Part shown: positions 36,957-46,167 of the stretch, in pieces | Layout: each line of letters begins with the position of its first letter | Position numbering within the stretch: position 1 is the stretch's first letter | Source of the DNA: a virus | Lineage: Duplodnaviria > Heunggongvirae > Uroviricota > Caudoviricetes | IMG/VR virus record: IMGVR_UViG_3300046002_005803 | Coordinates: 1 to 64,000 of that record | Reading direction: 5' to 3' (one strand) | Length of the DNA stretch: 64,000 nt | Notes under the pieces: generated by a model | What the model saw: only the letters and a program-made list of their open reading frames with translations | The model's database searches: none | What the model was told of the DNA's origin: nothing | Position numbers and translations under genes: made by a program

Positions 36957-37948
36957 TTCAAAATACCCTCATAAGGACTGTTAAGCCATTTTGCATAAGT
37001 CTCAGCATTTGTACTAATTTTAGCCAAATCGTATTTACCACAAAACTTCAGAAAGTGAATACCAACTTGCGGAATAGTAGTTGTACGAACACCCTCACGA
37101 ATATGTGTGTCTACTGACAGTTTAACATCATCGGGCTGGGCTGTCAAGTCTATGAGTACCCGATTGCGTTCATAATCATCACGCACACGATGTTCCACAC
37201 CATTGTGGTCCTGCCAATGTTGCAACATCAGATTGTTCCACGCATAGCCTTGCTTAGTTCTATCAGCGTATGCCTCAATCAATCCAGCTTTCTTTTGTGT
37301 ACCTTTTTCTCTTACACCCGGATAAGCCGAAAACACATTGTCAGTGGCATCACCCCTCATGGTCTTCTTGAACAGCAGATATTGTGGATCCTCTAGTAGT
37401 TTAATATTCTTTTCTTTGTCCTTTACAGGTTTACCCTTGTCATCAAAATATCCTTCAAGTGTGATTAGATGCCCAGCGACACCGTTATACTGTTTTACCT
37501 TGGGAGTGATAAGTTGCAAATAATCAGTATCGCTACTGATAATAAAATGTTCATCATCGGGATGCAAGTGAATGAATCGTGCAATCAAGTCATCAGCCTC
37601 AGCTTTTGGATCACGCAGGACACTACAGTTTGTGCGGTCTTTAAGATATGTGCAAAATGTCTCATACGTGGTCCAAAACAGGGTGTTCTCATCGGCCTCA
37701 GCTACTGTTTGAGACAAGGTATCTACTACGCGGTTCTTCTTGTACGGAGCATAGAAGTTTTTGCGCCAGCTTTTCCCCTCCAAGCAGAAGACCACATGAT
37801 CCACCCCAAACTTACGCACAATTTGATTTGTGCTAGCCAAGGTAAGATGTAGGGCCATTCCTATTTTCTCCTCAACTGTACTACTGCGTGATGCAATGTG
37901 CCGGGCACGAAAAAATGTATTTGCGGTATCGATCAGGGCGTATTTCAT
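36953..37948 (-). CDS. rnh: T4-type RNase H / 5'-3' flap endonuclease (FEN family)
   Basis: MKYALIDTANTFF (compare T4 ICLIDFSQIA), YAPYKKNR (T4 YYYKKNRG), EADDLIARF (T4 EADDHIAVL), SSDTDYLQL (T4 SSDGDFTQL). Confidence 0.7.
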   Translation of the reverse strand: MKYALIDTANTFFRARHIASRSSTVEEKIGMALHLTLASTNQIVRKFGVDHVVFCLEGKSWRKNFYAPYKKNRVVDTLSQTVAEADENTLFWTTYETFCTYLKDRTNCSVLRDPKAEADDLIARFIHLHPDDEHFIISSDTDYLQLITPKVKQYNGVAGHLITLEGYFDDKGKPVKDKEKNIKLLEDPQYLLFKKTMRGDATDNVFSAYPGVREKGTQKKAGLIEAYADRTKQGYAWNNLMLQHWQDHNGVEHRVRDDYERNRVLIDLTAQPDDVKLSVDTHIREGVRTTTIPQVGIHFLKFCGKYDLAKISTNAETYAKWLNSPYEGILK

Positions 37949-37991
37949 ATGTGTGTATTATATATTACTATGTAGATATTGTCAAACTATA

Positions 37992-39968
37992 TTAATCACC
38001 GTTTACCCGCTTACCATTTTGATCATATTTATTTAGGTAATCCTCATTGATTGAGGTTTTCAACGCATCGCTGCTTGCACACCGGGTATATAAATTTTCT
38101 GGTCTATTGTCAGTTCGGTCACCGTTAAGATGATCACATTTCAACTGTCTTTTCCAATGCATATTGAATTCATCATCAGTCAATTTACGCTTCAATTTAT
38201 GCAGCGCCAGATCATCTGCTTGTACGCTCCCAGTACGTTTACAGAAGGTAACTCCCTTAGCATCAACTAATCCCAAGTCGGTGCAATGTTGGCAATAGTC
38301 TTTCTTGTTCATTTGATTTTGTGAACCCGGATCGTAACCCTGATCAAAGTGAGGCTTAATCACTTTAGTTACATTATTCTTTTCAACGGGCACATGAGTG
38401 CGAATGATGTTCAGATACAAGTCTAACCCTTCATTAGGGGTGTGCATGTTTTGCCGGAACTGATCAAACGCAACATCTAGCAATGATGAATCATTGGGAA
38501 TGACAATTTTAACAGTATTAACAAACACTACATACTTTGCCAACAGAATTTTTTGTTCAAGTGACACCTCCAATTCAGCAATTTGTCGTGCTTTGTCGGT
38601 GTGATCATATACTCCGCACAATAAACGCTTTGCTCTTGCCATTGTTTGCAATTGCATCAAGCAAACATTCTTTGCGCTAGGATAACCCAAGAATGAAATT
38701 TGTTTCAGTCTAGGTATATCCCAACCCATATTACCTTGCATAACCACACCTAGCAAAAACGGATCTATAATATTAGATTTGTTATTAGCCAAATCAATAA
38801 TGTCATACGCATCATTGCAGTTATTATATTGATTATGGCTTGTTTTAAAATACACTTTTTCGTCTGATGTAACAATACCAATATCTGCTTGCAATGATTT
38901 AGCAAAATTTATGAAATTATTCTTCCGACCACGAGTTTTATACAATGGAATAGACTTACCGGCATCATAACGCCCAAATTTAAAAAACGCACCGGGAATA
39001 ATTTGAACAATGTCAATTTCCATTGCCTTTTTCCAAGTTTCTACATCAATGTCATTGAAAAATTTATCACACTTTTCAACAGTCACTTCATAAGTCAACT
39101 TTGACAATTCATATGTATTCAACAATTCACTCCGGTAAGTAGATGAATTGACATATGGTTTAATAGGTGTCATTTCTGCAAACACACTAGTATTTTTATA
39201 CTCAGGCATAGGGGACAACGATTTAAACACCTTAGCACCCAATGTAGTTCCGCCTTGCTGACTTACAGTAGCAGTACCGGTATAACCTAAGACACGCGAT
39301 CCGGCAACTGCCATACCATTTATAGTAGGCAACCACTTGGGGTCAAAGTTTTTGTTATTACGACCTTGATCATAAAAGATTGTAGTAGCATCAATTGTAC
39401 CCATACCAAAGTGAATTTCATCAACAAAAATATATTGAGGGACTCCTATATTTTTAGGAATAGCCGGATCACGATAGCTTCCCCAGATACGGCCGAGCCA
39501 CTGAGTAGACACAAACCAAACATCAACTACATTTTCCGGTGTTAGTTCATGTAGTTCCCATGACTTTTTAATTTCATCCTTGCAGCGGGCACGAATCGTT
39601 TTGATTTTACCATCATCACACTGAATACGCCTTTCATTCCACTCTGCGTGAAACTTATGGTAAGGACCAGATACACACCCACTATCAGGTGATGTGAACA
39701 CGATAGTTTTCACTGACGAATCACGCTGGATCACAGATGGGATTGTGATTTTAGTAATCACAGTAGATTTGCCTGCGTTAGTCCCTGCAGGTATGATTGT
39801 AATACGATTGTCGTTAGCTAGTTCAGAATCGGCAATAGAAGTAAAAAGATTGTCGTGCAAATATTTCTTTTGCAGCGGCCGCATAAAATCTAAATCAATC
39901 TTCTTTGTTGCAGTTGACAATTTGATTATGTTTGTATTTGTGTTTGTGTTTGGAAACAAATGGCTCAT
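37992..39968 (-). CDS. SF2-type ATPase/helicase with C-terminal zinc-binding HNH endonuclease domain
   Basis: Walker A PAGTNAGKST, DExH-like Walker B IFVDEIHF, C-terminal CQHC...KCDHLNGDRTDNRPENLYTRC (HNH core). Confidence 0.5.
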   Translation of the reverse strand: MSHLFPNTNTNTNIIKLSTATKKIDLDFMRPLQKKYLHDNLFTSIADSELANDNRITIIPAGTNAGKSTVITKITIPSVIQRDSSVKTIVFTSPDSGCVSGPYHKFHAEWNERRIQCDDGKIKTIRARCKDEIKKSWELHELTPENVVDVWFVSTQWLGRIWGSYRDPAIPKNIGVPQYIFVDEIHFGMGTIDATTIFYDQGRNNKNFDPKWLPTINGMAVAGSRVLGYTGTATVSQQGGTTLGAKVFKSLSPMPEYKNTSVFAEMTPIKPYVNSSTYRSELLNTYELSKLTYEVTVEKCDKFFNDIDVETWKKAMEIDIVQIIPGAFFKFGRYDAGKSIPLYKTRGRKNNFINFAKSLQADIGIVTSDEKVYFKTSHNQYNNCNDAYDIIDLANNKSNIIDPFLLGVVMQGNMGWDIPRLKQISFLGYPSAKNVCLMQLQTMARAKRLLCGVYDHTDKARQIAELEVSLEQKILLAKYVVFVNTVKIVIPNDSSLLDVAFDQFRQNMHTPNEGLDLYLNIIRTHVPVEKNNVTKVIKPHFDQGYDPGSQNQMNKKDYCQHCTDLGLVDAKGVTFCKRTGSVQADDLALHKLKRKLTDDEFNMHWKRQLKCDHLNGDRTDNRPENLYTRCASSDALKTSINEDYLNKYDQNGKRVNGD

Positions 39969-40026
39969 ATAATTTTCCTACAGTTTAAAAATAAAGTATA
40001 AACACTGCTATTCATATTCAATATGC

Positions 40027-40055
40027 ATTATAGCATAGAATTCATTTATCGTCAA
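40027..40055 (-). promoter_or_regulatory. Sigma70-like promoter (TTGACG-17-TATAAT) upstream of the helicase gene
   Basis: Reverse complement = TTGACGataaatgaattctatgcTATAAT. Confidence 0.5.
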
Positions 40056-40058
40056 CCT

Positions 40059-40529
40059 TTAGCTGACTTCTGTACGCCCGTCACCCAAATCCTTAGCACG
40101 GACCACTCTCATATCAGTAGCTTGTGCCCGATTCTCGGGATCGGCTTGCTGCTGTTCATATAGCTCTAATGCCACATTGCGGCAAACCGTCTGAAACCAC
40201 CGATCGACTATGATAGTATCACTATCATCATCACGCATCTTATACCCTGCACGAATTAAATTTAATACAAATTTGTCATTAAAATCAAGTTCAAACGCAC
40301 CGCTGTTAATATCGTACGGATCAATTTCCATCTTTAAAATATTAACATAGGGAAGACCCTCACTATCTGCTTTTGCCTTGTCAGATATAATAGGTGCTTC
40401 TTTCTTTTCCTTAGGTTTGCGTGGTTTCTTTTCCTTAGTAGTCTTTGGCACCTCTGCTACTGGTTCTGGCTCTGGCTCTGGCTTTTTGCCAAATAGTTTA
40501 TCAAATAATCCCATTTTTATATCTTTCAA
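40059..40529 (-). CDS. Hypothetical protein with an N-terminal PEPEPEP / Lys-rich linker
   Basis: ORF; short GAGCCAGAACCAG tandem repeats. Confidence 0.3.
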   Translation of the reverse strand: MKDIKMGLFDKLFGKKPEPEPEPVAEVPKTTKEKKPRKPKEKKEAPIISDKAKADSEGLPYVNILKMEIDPYDINSGAFELDFNDKFVLNLIRAGYKMRDDDSDTIIVDRWFQTVCRNVALELYEQQQADPENRAQATDMRVVRAKDLGDGRTEVS

Positions 40530-41568
40530 ATAATTTAAAACTAGCTAGGTTTTTTCCTTTACTCTCGGTCATTATATCAAAATTGTCAAGAAATGTCAAT
40601 GCCCAATCGTTAACCGCAGTATTCCAATAGTGGTCGCTATGTGCCCGAAGTTTCTGTTTATTATACCCTGCATTAATCAACGCACCATGATCGGGTAATT
40701 GTGTAGTGGAATGATCTGTGAGTACATTTTCGCGGCTAACACTGTAATGCATAGTAGGGCGAACACCACGCCAACTATCAATAACCCGTTGTACAAGCGT
40801 ATCAGTAGATTGAATATATTCACCTTCACGAATCCAGTTGTGATGGATATCGAGTACCGTAGGCACGAGGTCAGATAACGATAAGCAGTCAGATAGTCCA
40901 TGTGTGTATTCCTCATTTTCTAGTGTAAGTGTGTTTCGGGCTTCTGGGGACAAACGACCATAAACATCTCTGATACCCTGAGGCCCTTTTCTACCAGAAA
41001 TGTGTACATTAACTTTGAAGTCTTGAAATGATTTGCCATAGCCCATCCAACGAACCATGTCACAATGATATTCAAATTCTTCTATACTCTTATTTACTAC
41101 TTCTTCACGGTCACTCGCTAAAACTGTAAATTGTCCGGGGTGCATACTAAGACGAACATCATTGGCTCTAGCTGTTTCACCAATTGGTGCCATCCAGTGT
41201 GCTAGTTTGTTTTGAATATCACTATCTTGCCAGAAGTCTTTCCAGTCATCATGGGTGTAAAAACTCAGCATGTCACTAGTCAGACGAACCATGCGTAGTT
41301 CGGGTTGTAGTGTTGCTACCTTTTTGACTAGATTATGAGTATGTAGAATGTTGCGTTTGGCAACTTCAATTACCTTTTCTTCTGCTACACTACGCTTTTG
41401 CCTTGCGGCCCAAGCCAGAGTAGTACCGCCTGTATTCAATTCAGGTATGCTGGTAATCTCACCCTTCTTGTTTAGTTCTGAAAATTTGCAAGCAAATCCA
41501 ATCCGTTTGATATTATTATTTGTCAAGATAAAAGCCCAAAGCGATAAATAAGATATGTATTGTCGCAT
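40501..41568 (-). CDS. Putative UV-damage endonuclease (UvdE-like TIM-barrel) or other xylose-isomerase-like fold enzyme
   Basis: Motif flow LHPGQF ... HISG ... TLENEEYTH ... LDIHHNWI resembles UvdE; tentative. Confidence 0.35.
   Translation of the reverse strand: MRQYISYLSLWAFILTNNNIKRIGFACKFSELNKKGEITSIPELNTGGTTLAWAARQKRSVAEEKVIEVAKRNILHTHNLVKKVATLQPELRMVRLTSDMLSFYTHDDWKDFWQDSDIQNKLAHWMAPIGETARANDVRLSMHPGQFTVLASDREEVVNKSIEEFEYHCDMVRWMGYGKSFQDFKVNVHISGRKGPQGIRDVYGRLSPEARNTLTLENEEYTHGLSDCLSLSDLVPTVLDIHHNWIREGEYIQSTDTLVQRVIDSWRGVRPTMHYSVSRENVLTDHSTTQLPDHGALINAGYNKQKLRAHSDHYWNTAVNDWALTFLDNFDIMTESKGKNLASFKLFERYKNGII
41543..41550 (+). promoter_or_regulatory. Possible T4-type late promoter element (GATAAATA, compare T4 TATAAATA) upstream of the plus-strand operon
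   Basis: ATAAATA about 55 nt upstream of the ATG at 41606. Confidence 0.25.
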
Positions 41569-41605
41569 AATTGCACAATAAAGTCAACTATTTACGGGCA
41601 ACAAC

Positions 41606-42796
41606 ATGAGATTTAATGAAATTATATCCGAAGCAGGTAGTCCTGCCCAACAAGCAGCAATTGCAATTGCCATGAAAAAAGCTGGAAAGAAGCCAAAGCA
41701 AGGTGTGGCGGAAGGCAACCTAGAAGAAATTGACCGCAGAGGATTCTTAAGAGGCTTGGGTGCGGCCACTGTGGCAGGTGCGACTAATAATGCAATGGCT
41801 GCTCTAGGGTCACCTACTGCTCCAAGGGCACAGGTTAAAGTGCCGCCTGTGCCACAGTTACCCGCACGAGACGGTGATCTAGGTAATGGCAATAGAGTAA
41901 CAACAAACAAAGATGGTACTAGAACTTATTCTGGCGGGTTTGGTTCATTTACATACAATGCTCAGGGTAAGGCTATAACATATAGTAGTCCTAACTTTAA
42001 TGGATCTGGCCAAACCATCGACTTAACTACTAATCAAATTACGCAAAATTACAATGCAGGACCATTGAAGATTAAACAAACTACCGATGCTACCGGTAAG
42101 CAAGTAGCGGCTGATAAATCATATGATCTTGGTGCAGCAACTGTCAGACAGCAAACCGACGCAACGGGGAAAAATACTAACACAGCTTATGTTCCAATGG
42201 ATGATACAACTCATGTTGTAGATAAACCAACCCTTAGAAAAGCCTTTGCGAAATGGCTGCCGGAAGGCTCTGAGGCAAGTGATAATCTAGTATCCACACT
42301 GAATTCTTTCGGATATTACTCTGACAACAGTAGTGTTTATGCAAATGATGACGGTGATAAGATTGTTCGTCAAGGTTCTAATTGGAAACATCAAGATGGT
42401 CAACGTGGTACTGGTGCTGAAGAATTAGGTAATTTCCTCAGTTCACAAGAAGTTGATGAAGGCGAAACTTGGTCAAAGCATAACAACCCAAGAGCAGGTG
42501 GGATGAGTAAAAAGTCTGTTAGTAGCTATCGCCGCAGTCATCCTGGTAGCAAGATTCAAACAGCGGTAACAACTAAGCCAAGCAAACTTAAAAAAGGTAG
42601 CAAGGCAGCAAAGCGTAGAGCTAGCTTTTGTGCCAGAATGCGTGGAATGAAGAAACATCGTACTGGTGCAAAAACAGCAAGAGATCCAAATAGCAATATA
42701 AATAAAAGTTTGCGTAGATGGCATTGCGAAAGCATTGAAGAACTACATGAATTAGTAATGCTTGCTGAACAATTTATTAGGAATAACAAGAAATGA
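41606..42796 (+). CDS. Capsid-targeted (CTS-bearing) protein with internal Tat-like twin-arginine signal and highly basic C-terminus
   Basis: N-terminal MRFNEIISEAG (CTS-like), then DRRGFLRGLGAATVAGATNNAMAALGSP (S/T-RRxFLK-like motif plus hydrophobic h-region), a Gly/Thr/Asn-rich middle and a KR-rich tail. Confidence 0.5.
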   Translation: MRFNEIISEAGSPAQQAAIAIAMKKAGKKPKQGVAEGNLEEIDRRGFLRGLGAATVAGATNNAMAALGSPTAPRAQVKVPPVPQLPARDGDLGNGNRVTTNKDGTRTYSGGFGSFTYNAQGKAITYSSPNFNGSGQTIDLTTNQITQNYNAGPLKIKQTTDATGKQVAADKSYDLGAATVRQQTDATGKNTNTAYVPMDDTTHVVDKPTLRKAFAKWLPEGSEASDNLVSTLNSFGYYSDNSSVYANDDGDKIVRQGSNWKHQDGQRGTGAEELGNFLSSQEVDEGETWSKHNNPRAGGMSKKSVSSYRRSHPGSKIQTAVTTKPSKLKKGSKAAKRRASFCARMRGMKKHRTGAKTARDPNSNINKSLRRWHCESIEELHELVMLAEQFIRNNKK

Positions 42797-44448
42797 ACTT
42801 CAAAGAATTATTAGAAGGCGCAGAGCCAAAGTTGCCGGGCGCCCCAAAGGGTATCTCAATTATGACACCTCAGCAATTTGTTGCTAGTGCTGGTGATATG
42901 CCAGATGAAGAAGTAGATGAAGGCAGATTTACACATGGTCCAGGTGGCGTTCCACTTGATCGCCAGGGTAATCCCAAGGTAGCAAAGCCAGCTATGCCTA
43001 AATTATCAAGAATGTCTGCACCAGAACCTAAATTAGATTTAGATAAGATTTGGTTTGATGTTACTCAGATCATCAGCAACATTTTCCCAGATGGTGATCC
43101 AGCTGACTACTTGCCAAAGTATGCCCGCAAACATGGGATAACATATGATGATATTCGCGCAGCAGCTAAAAAGAATGGTTATGAAGATGAGTATGCTTAC
43201 ATTGATGATATGAAAACCGGTGACTATGGTTATGATGAGCAAAGTTTAGCGGAAGGTGAAGAACATCTAGCAAGAATTCGTAGTCTATCTGGACTAGATG
43301 AAGCAACTAAACTACCAGCACAAACTCGTGACTTAAAGGGTCAAGAGTTTCAAGATTACATGAAACGAATCGTTGGTACTCCCGATGTAGATAAAGCAGG
43401 CAATGTTAAAGTAGATAAAAAGGGCAATGAAAAATATACAACTGGTAAAACTAAAGGTGACAAGTACAAGATGCCTTACATCCATCGTAGTAGTGTAGTT
43501 ACATACTTAAGTCCAGATGGTAAAACATACGATGAAGATGCTGTTAAACAAACATTAGCAATTCGTCCCAAAGCATTACTTAAACAAAACGAAAAGATGA
43601 AGCACAGCAATGGTGAGTTTGAACAATTCTTTAATGTTGGGTTCGCGGCATTGGTAGGTATTGCATTAGATGAACAAACAAATAATCTAATTGTTGTTAA
43701 CACATGTCCAGGCGCCGGCTCTTGTAAAGTTGATTGTTTCGCCATGAAGGGCGGCAAGATTCAATTTAAGGCTGCATGGCAAAGTGACGGCAGAATACTT
43801 ACATATCTGTTGAATGATCCAGATGGTTTCTTTAATCAACTAAGCAATGAAATCTCTGCTGAATCACAAGAGGGTGCTGCAGGCGATAAGAAATTCCCCA
43901 ATGGATGGAAAGTAACGGTTCGTTGGCATGATGCCGGCGACTTCTTCAGTCCAGAATACTTGGATATGGCATTAAAAATGGCTGCTAAACATCCTGATGT
44001 TAGATTCTATGCGTACACTAAGATGGCAGGAGCAGCATTAGCTAAGAAGCCAGATAACTTCATCATCAATTGGAGTGAAGGTGCTAACACCGAGCAAGAG
44101 AAACAAGTAAAGGCTCAGGATCCTAAATTAGATAAGACAAAGAACAGTCGTATTGTTCCAGAGAAACTATTCTATGACTTATTGGCCAAGGATGAGAAGG
44201 GTAACTTGAAAAAGACGGATGACGGAGCATGGCAACCTGCTGATGACGCAGCACTTAAACAAATGAAACAACGAATTGCTAACGAATACGGCATTAGTTC
44301 TTCAAGTATTTTAAGTTATAATGAATATATGTCTAAGAGAAATTCAATTCCAGCTGGAATGAAGTACAATGTTATCGTTGCACCGGGTGAAGGTGATGTT
44401 AGTGCGAATGATCCTGGTGTATTGAGTACCCTATTGTTAAGACATTAA
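42793..44448 (+). CDS. Capsid-targeted (CTS-bearing) large protein, function unknown
   Basis: N-terminal MNFKELLEGAE; ATGA overlap with the upstream gene; 551 aa. Confidence 0.45.
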   Translation: MNFKELLEGAEPKLPGAPKGISIMTPQQFVASAGDMPDEEVDEGRFTHGPGGVPLDRQGNPKVAKPAMPKLSRMSAPEPKLDLDKIWFDVTQIISNIFPDGDPADYLPKYARKHGITYDDIRAAAKKNGYEDEYAYIDDMKTGDYGYDEQSLAEGEEHLARIRSLSGLDEATKLPAQTRDLKGQEFQDYMKRIVGTPDVDKAGNVKVDKKGNEKYTTGKTKGDKYKMPYIHRSSVVTYLSPDGKTYDEDAVKQTLAIRPKALLKQNEKMKHSNGEFEQFFNVGFAALVGIALDEQTNNLIVVNTCPGAGSCKVDCFAMKGGKIQFKAAWQSDGRILTYLLNDPDGFFNQLSNEISAESQEGAAGDKKFPNGWKVTVRWHDAGDFFSPEYLDMALKMAAKHPDVRFYAYTKMAGAALAKKPDNFIINWSEGANTEQEKQVKAQDPKLDKTKNSRIVPEKLFYDLLAKDEKGNLKKTDDGAWQPADDAALKQMKQRIANEYGISSSSILSYNEYMSKRNSIPAGMKYNVIVAPGEGDVSANDPGVLSTLLLRH

Positions 44449-45344
44449 TGAGAGCAACTGAATTTATCGCAGAAGCAATACTAGATGAAGCAGCTACTGC
44501 TATTGTCTACCATTATGCCGGTGTATCTGCTGCTGCAAAAATTCTAACTACTGGAGTTTTTCAATTAAGTAGTGTCACAGGTAACTCTAGTGAAGAACAA
44601 TATGCACCGCCGGGATATCTTTACTTTCTAAGCACAACTCGCAGCAAAGTGGGAGACTATCACCGATATACTGGTAGCAGCGCCGCTATGTTTGTAATTG
44701 ATGGGAACTGGTTAAATCGGCATTACAAAACAAAAGCAATTGATTATTGGGAAAGGTCTTGGCAACATAGTAACGGTACTCGTACCAGTGAAAGCGAAGA
44801 TAGAGTATTTTCAAAGACACCTGAAATTCCAATTAACGGAGTAATTGCTGTTCATGTTTTGCTCAAAGAACAGAGCGAAAATCGTAGCCCCGAAGTTAGA
44901 ACAATTTTAATCACTGCCAAGAAGCAAGGTATATCAGCTTACTTATACACAGATGAGAAGGCATGGCGTTTACAAGATACCCGCAAAGCAGTTACTCCCG
45001 GTGACGCTGCTAAATTGCTTAAAGGACAACAACCAAAAGGTTACACACCAAGTCGTCCGCCGACAATGTACCTTGAACCGTGGGTAGAACTAATATATAA
45101 AAACAAAAAATCAGATTTAACTAGCCGTGCTGAAAAGTTGCGATATGAATTAGTCTACTATGGCAGTAGACGTCCAGATTCCGATAGTAATCTTGGTGTA
45201 GATATGAGCAATGCTCGTAAACCTAATTCTACTGATTATCCAACTGCTGTTAAATTAAATGATTTTATGCGTAAGAATAAGTTACCAGATACAGTAGCAC
45301 TTAAAAATATGCTAGTTGATAAATGGGTTAAAATTAAATCTTAA
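44448..45344 (+). CDS. Capsid-targeted (CTS-bearing) protein, function unknown
   Basis: N-terminal MRATEFIAEAI is almost identical to the T4 IPI/II/III CTS core (EFIAEA); TAATG coupling. Confidence 0.5.
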   Translation: MRATEFIAEAILDEAATAIVYHYAGVSAAAKILTTGVFQLSSVTGNSSEEQYAPPGYLYFLSTTRSKVGDYHRYTGSSAAMFVIDGNWLNRHYKTKAIDYWERSWQHSNGTRTSESEDRVFSKTPEIPINGVIAVHVLLKEQSENRSPEVRTILITAKKQGISAYLYTDEKAWRLQDTRKAVTPGDAAKLLKGQQPKGYTPSRPPTMYLEPWVELIYKNKKSDLTSRAEKLRYELVYYGSRRPDSDSNLGVDMSNARKPNSTDYPTAVKLNDFMRKNKLPDTVALKNMLVDKWVKIKS

Positions 45345-46167
45345 GCAAATCTTCCAAAGAGTATACCTCTTTCATATAGGGTGACACATTATCTAATACA
45401 GATATTGCTAAGTCACCCTTTCTTCTTGGGCCTATCTTTGTAAGCAAATTAATATTAGGTATATTATTTACTTCTTTGAACTTATTAACTATCTCGGCAA
45501 CAGTATAACCTACCCCATGCCCTAAACATTCTATTTGATTACTTGGCTTCTCAATAGCAGTACATAATGCGTCACATATCTCGTTAACATGAACATAATC
45601 ACGAATGCAGGTTCCATCTCGTGTATCATAATCATTGCCAAAGATGGTAAACTCGCCTCTTTCCTTAGCCTTCATTAGATTATACATTAATCCATCAGGA
45701 TTGGTTGGATCAAACCCATCACTACCAATAACATTGTAGAATCTAAATATTGTATAAGGTTTAGGATTATGCTGAGTAAAATACTCACGCACCACATCCT
45801 CTGCTGCTCGTTTACTAATGCCATACGCACTAGCACATCCCACTGCTGCTCCAGTGCTGGCAAATATAAAGTTCTTTGTCCGTACCTTATTGATAACATT
45901 CATTGTACCATTCAAATTAGTGATGTAATAACTTAGTGGGATACGCTCACTTTCACCCACATTGACTAGTGCTGCCAAGTGAATCGTTGCATCAAACTCG
46001 GTTGGTAATTCAAATAGTCTACGAATATCAACTTGATAGAATTCTTGTAATCCGTCAGCTTGCGGAACATTGATATCTAGGCCGTGTACCTCGTAGTCAT
46101 TTGCTAGCATCTTAACTAGATGACTACCAATGTAACCCGAACAACCTGTAATTAATATTTTTTTCAT
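45334..46167 (-). CDS. NAD-dependent epimerase/dehydratase (extended SDR)
   Basis: N-terminal Rossmann ILITGCSGYIGSHL; catalytic YxxxK (YGISKRAAE). Confidence 0.65.
   Translation of the reverse strand: MKKILITGCSGYIGSHLVKMLANDYEVHGLDINVPQADGLQEFYQVDIRRLFELPTEFDATIHLAALVNVGESERIPLSYYITNLNGTMNVINKVRTKNFIFASTGAAVGCASAYGISKRAAEDVVREYFTQHNPKPYTIFRFYNVIGSDGFDPTNPDGLMYNLMKAKERGEFTIFGNDYDTRDGTCIRDYVHVNEICDALCTAIEKPSNQIECLGHGVGYTVAEIVNKFKEVNNIPNINLLTKIGPRRKGDLAISVLDNVSPYMKEVYSLEDLLKI

Noticed and set aside
44448-45344. ADP-ribosyltransferase (Alt/Mod-like) assignment for the 298-aa CTS protein based on YHY...STT...ESE spacing
   Set aside because: The order and spacing only loosely fit the R-S-E ART signature, and the first-position Arg is not identifiable. 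Too speculative without profile search.
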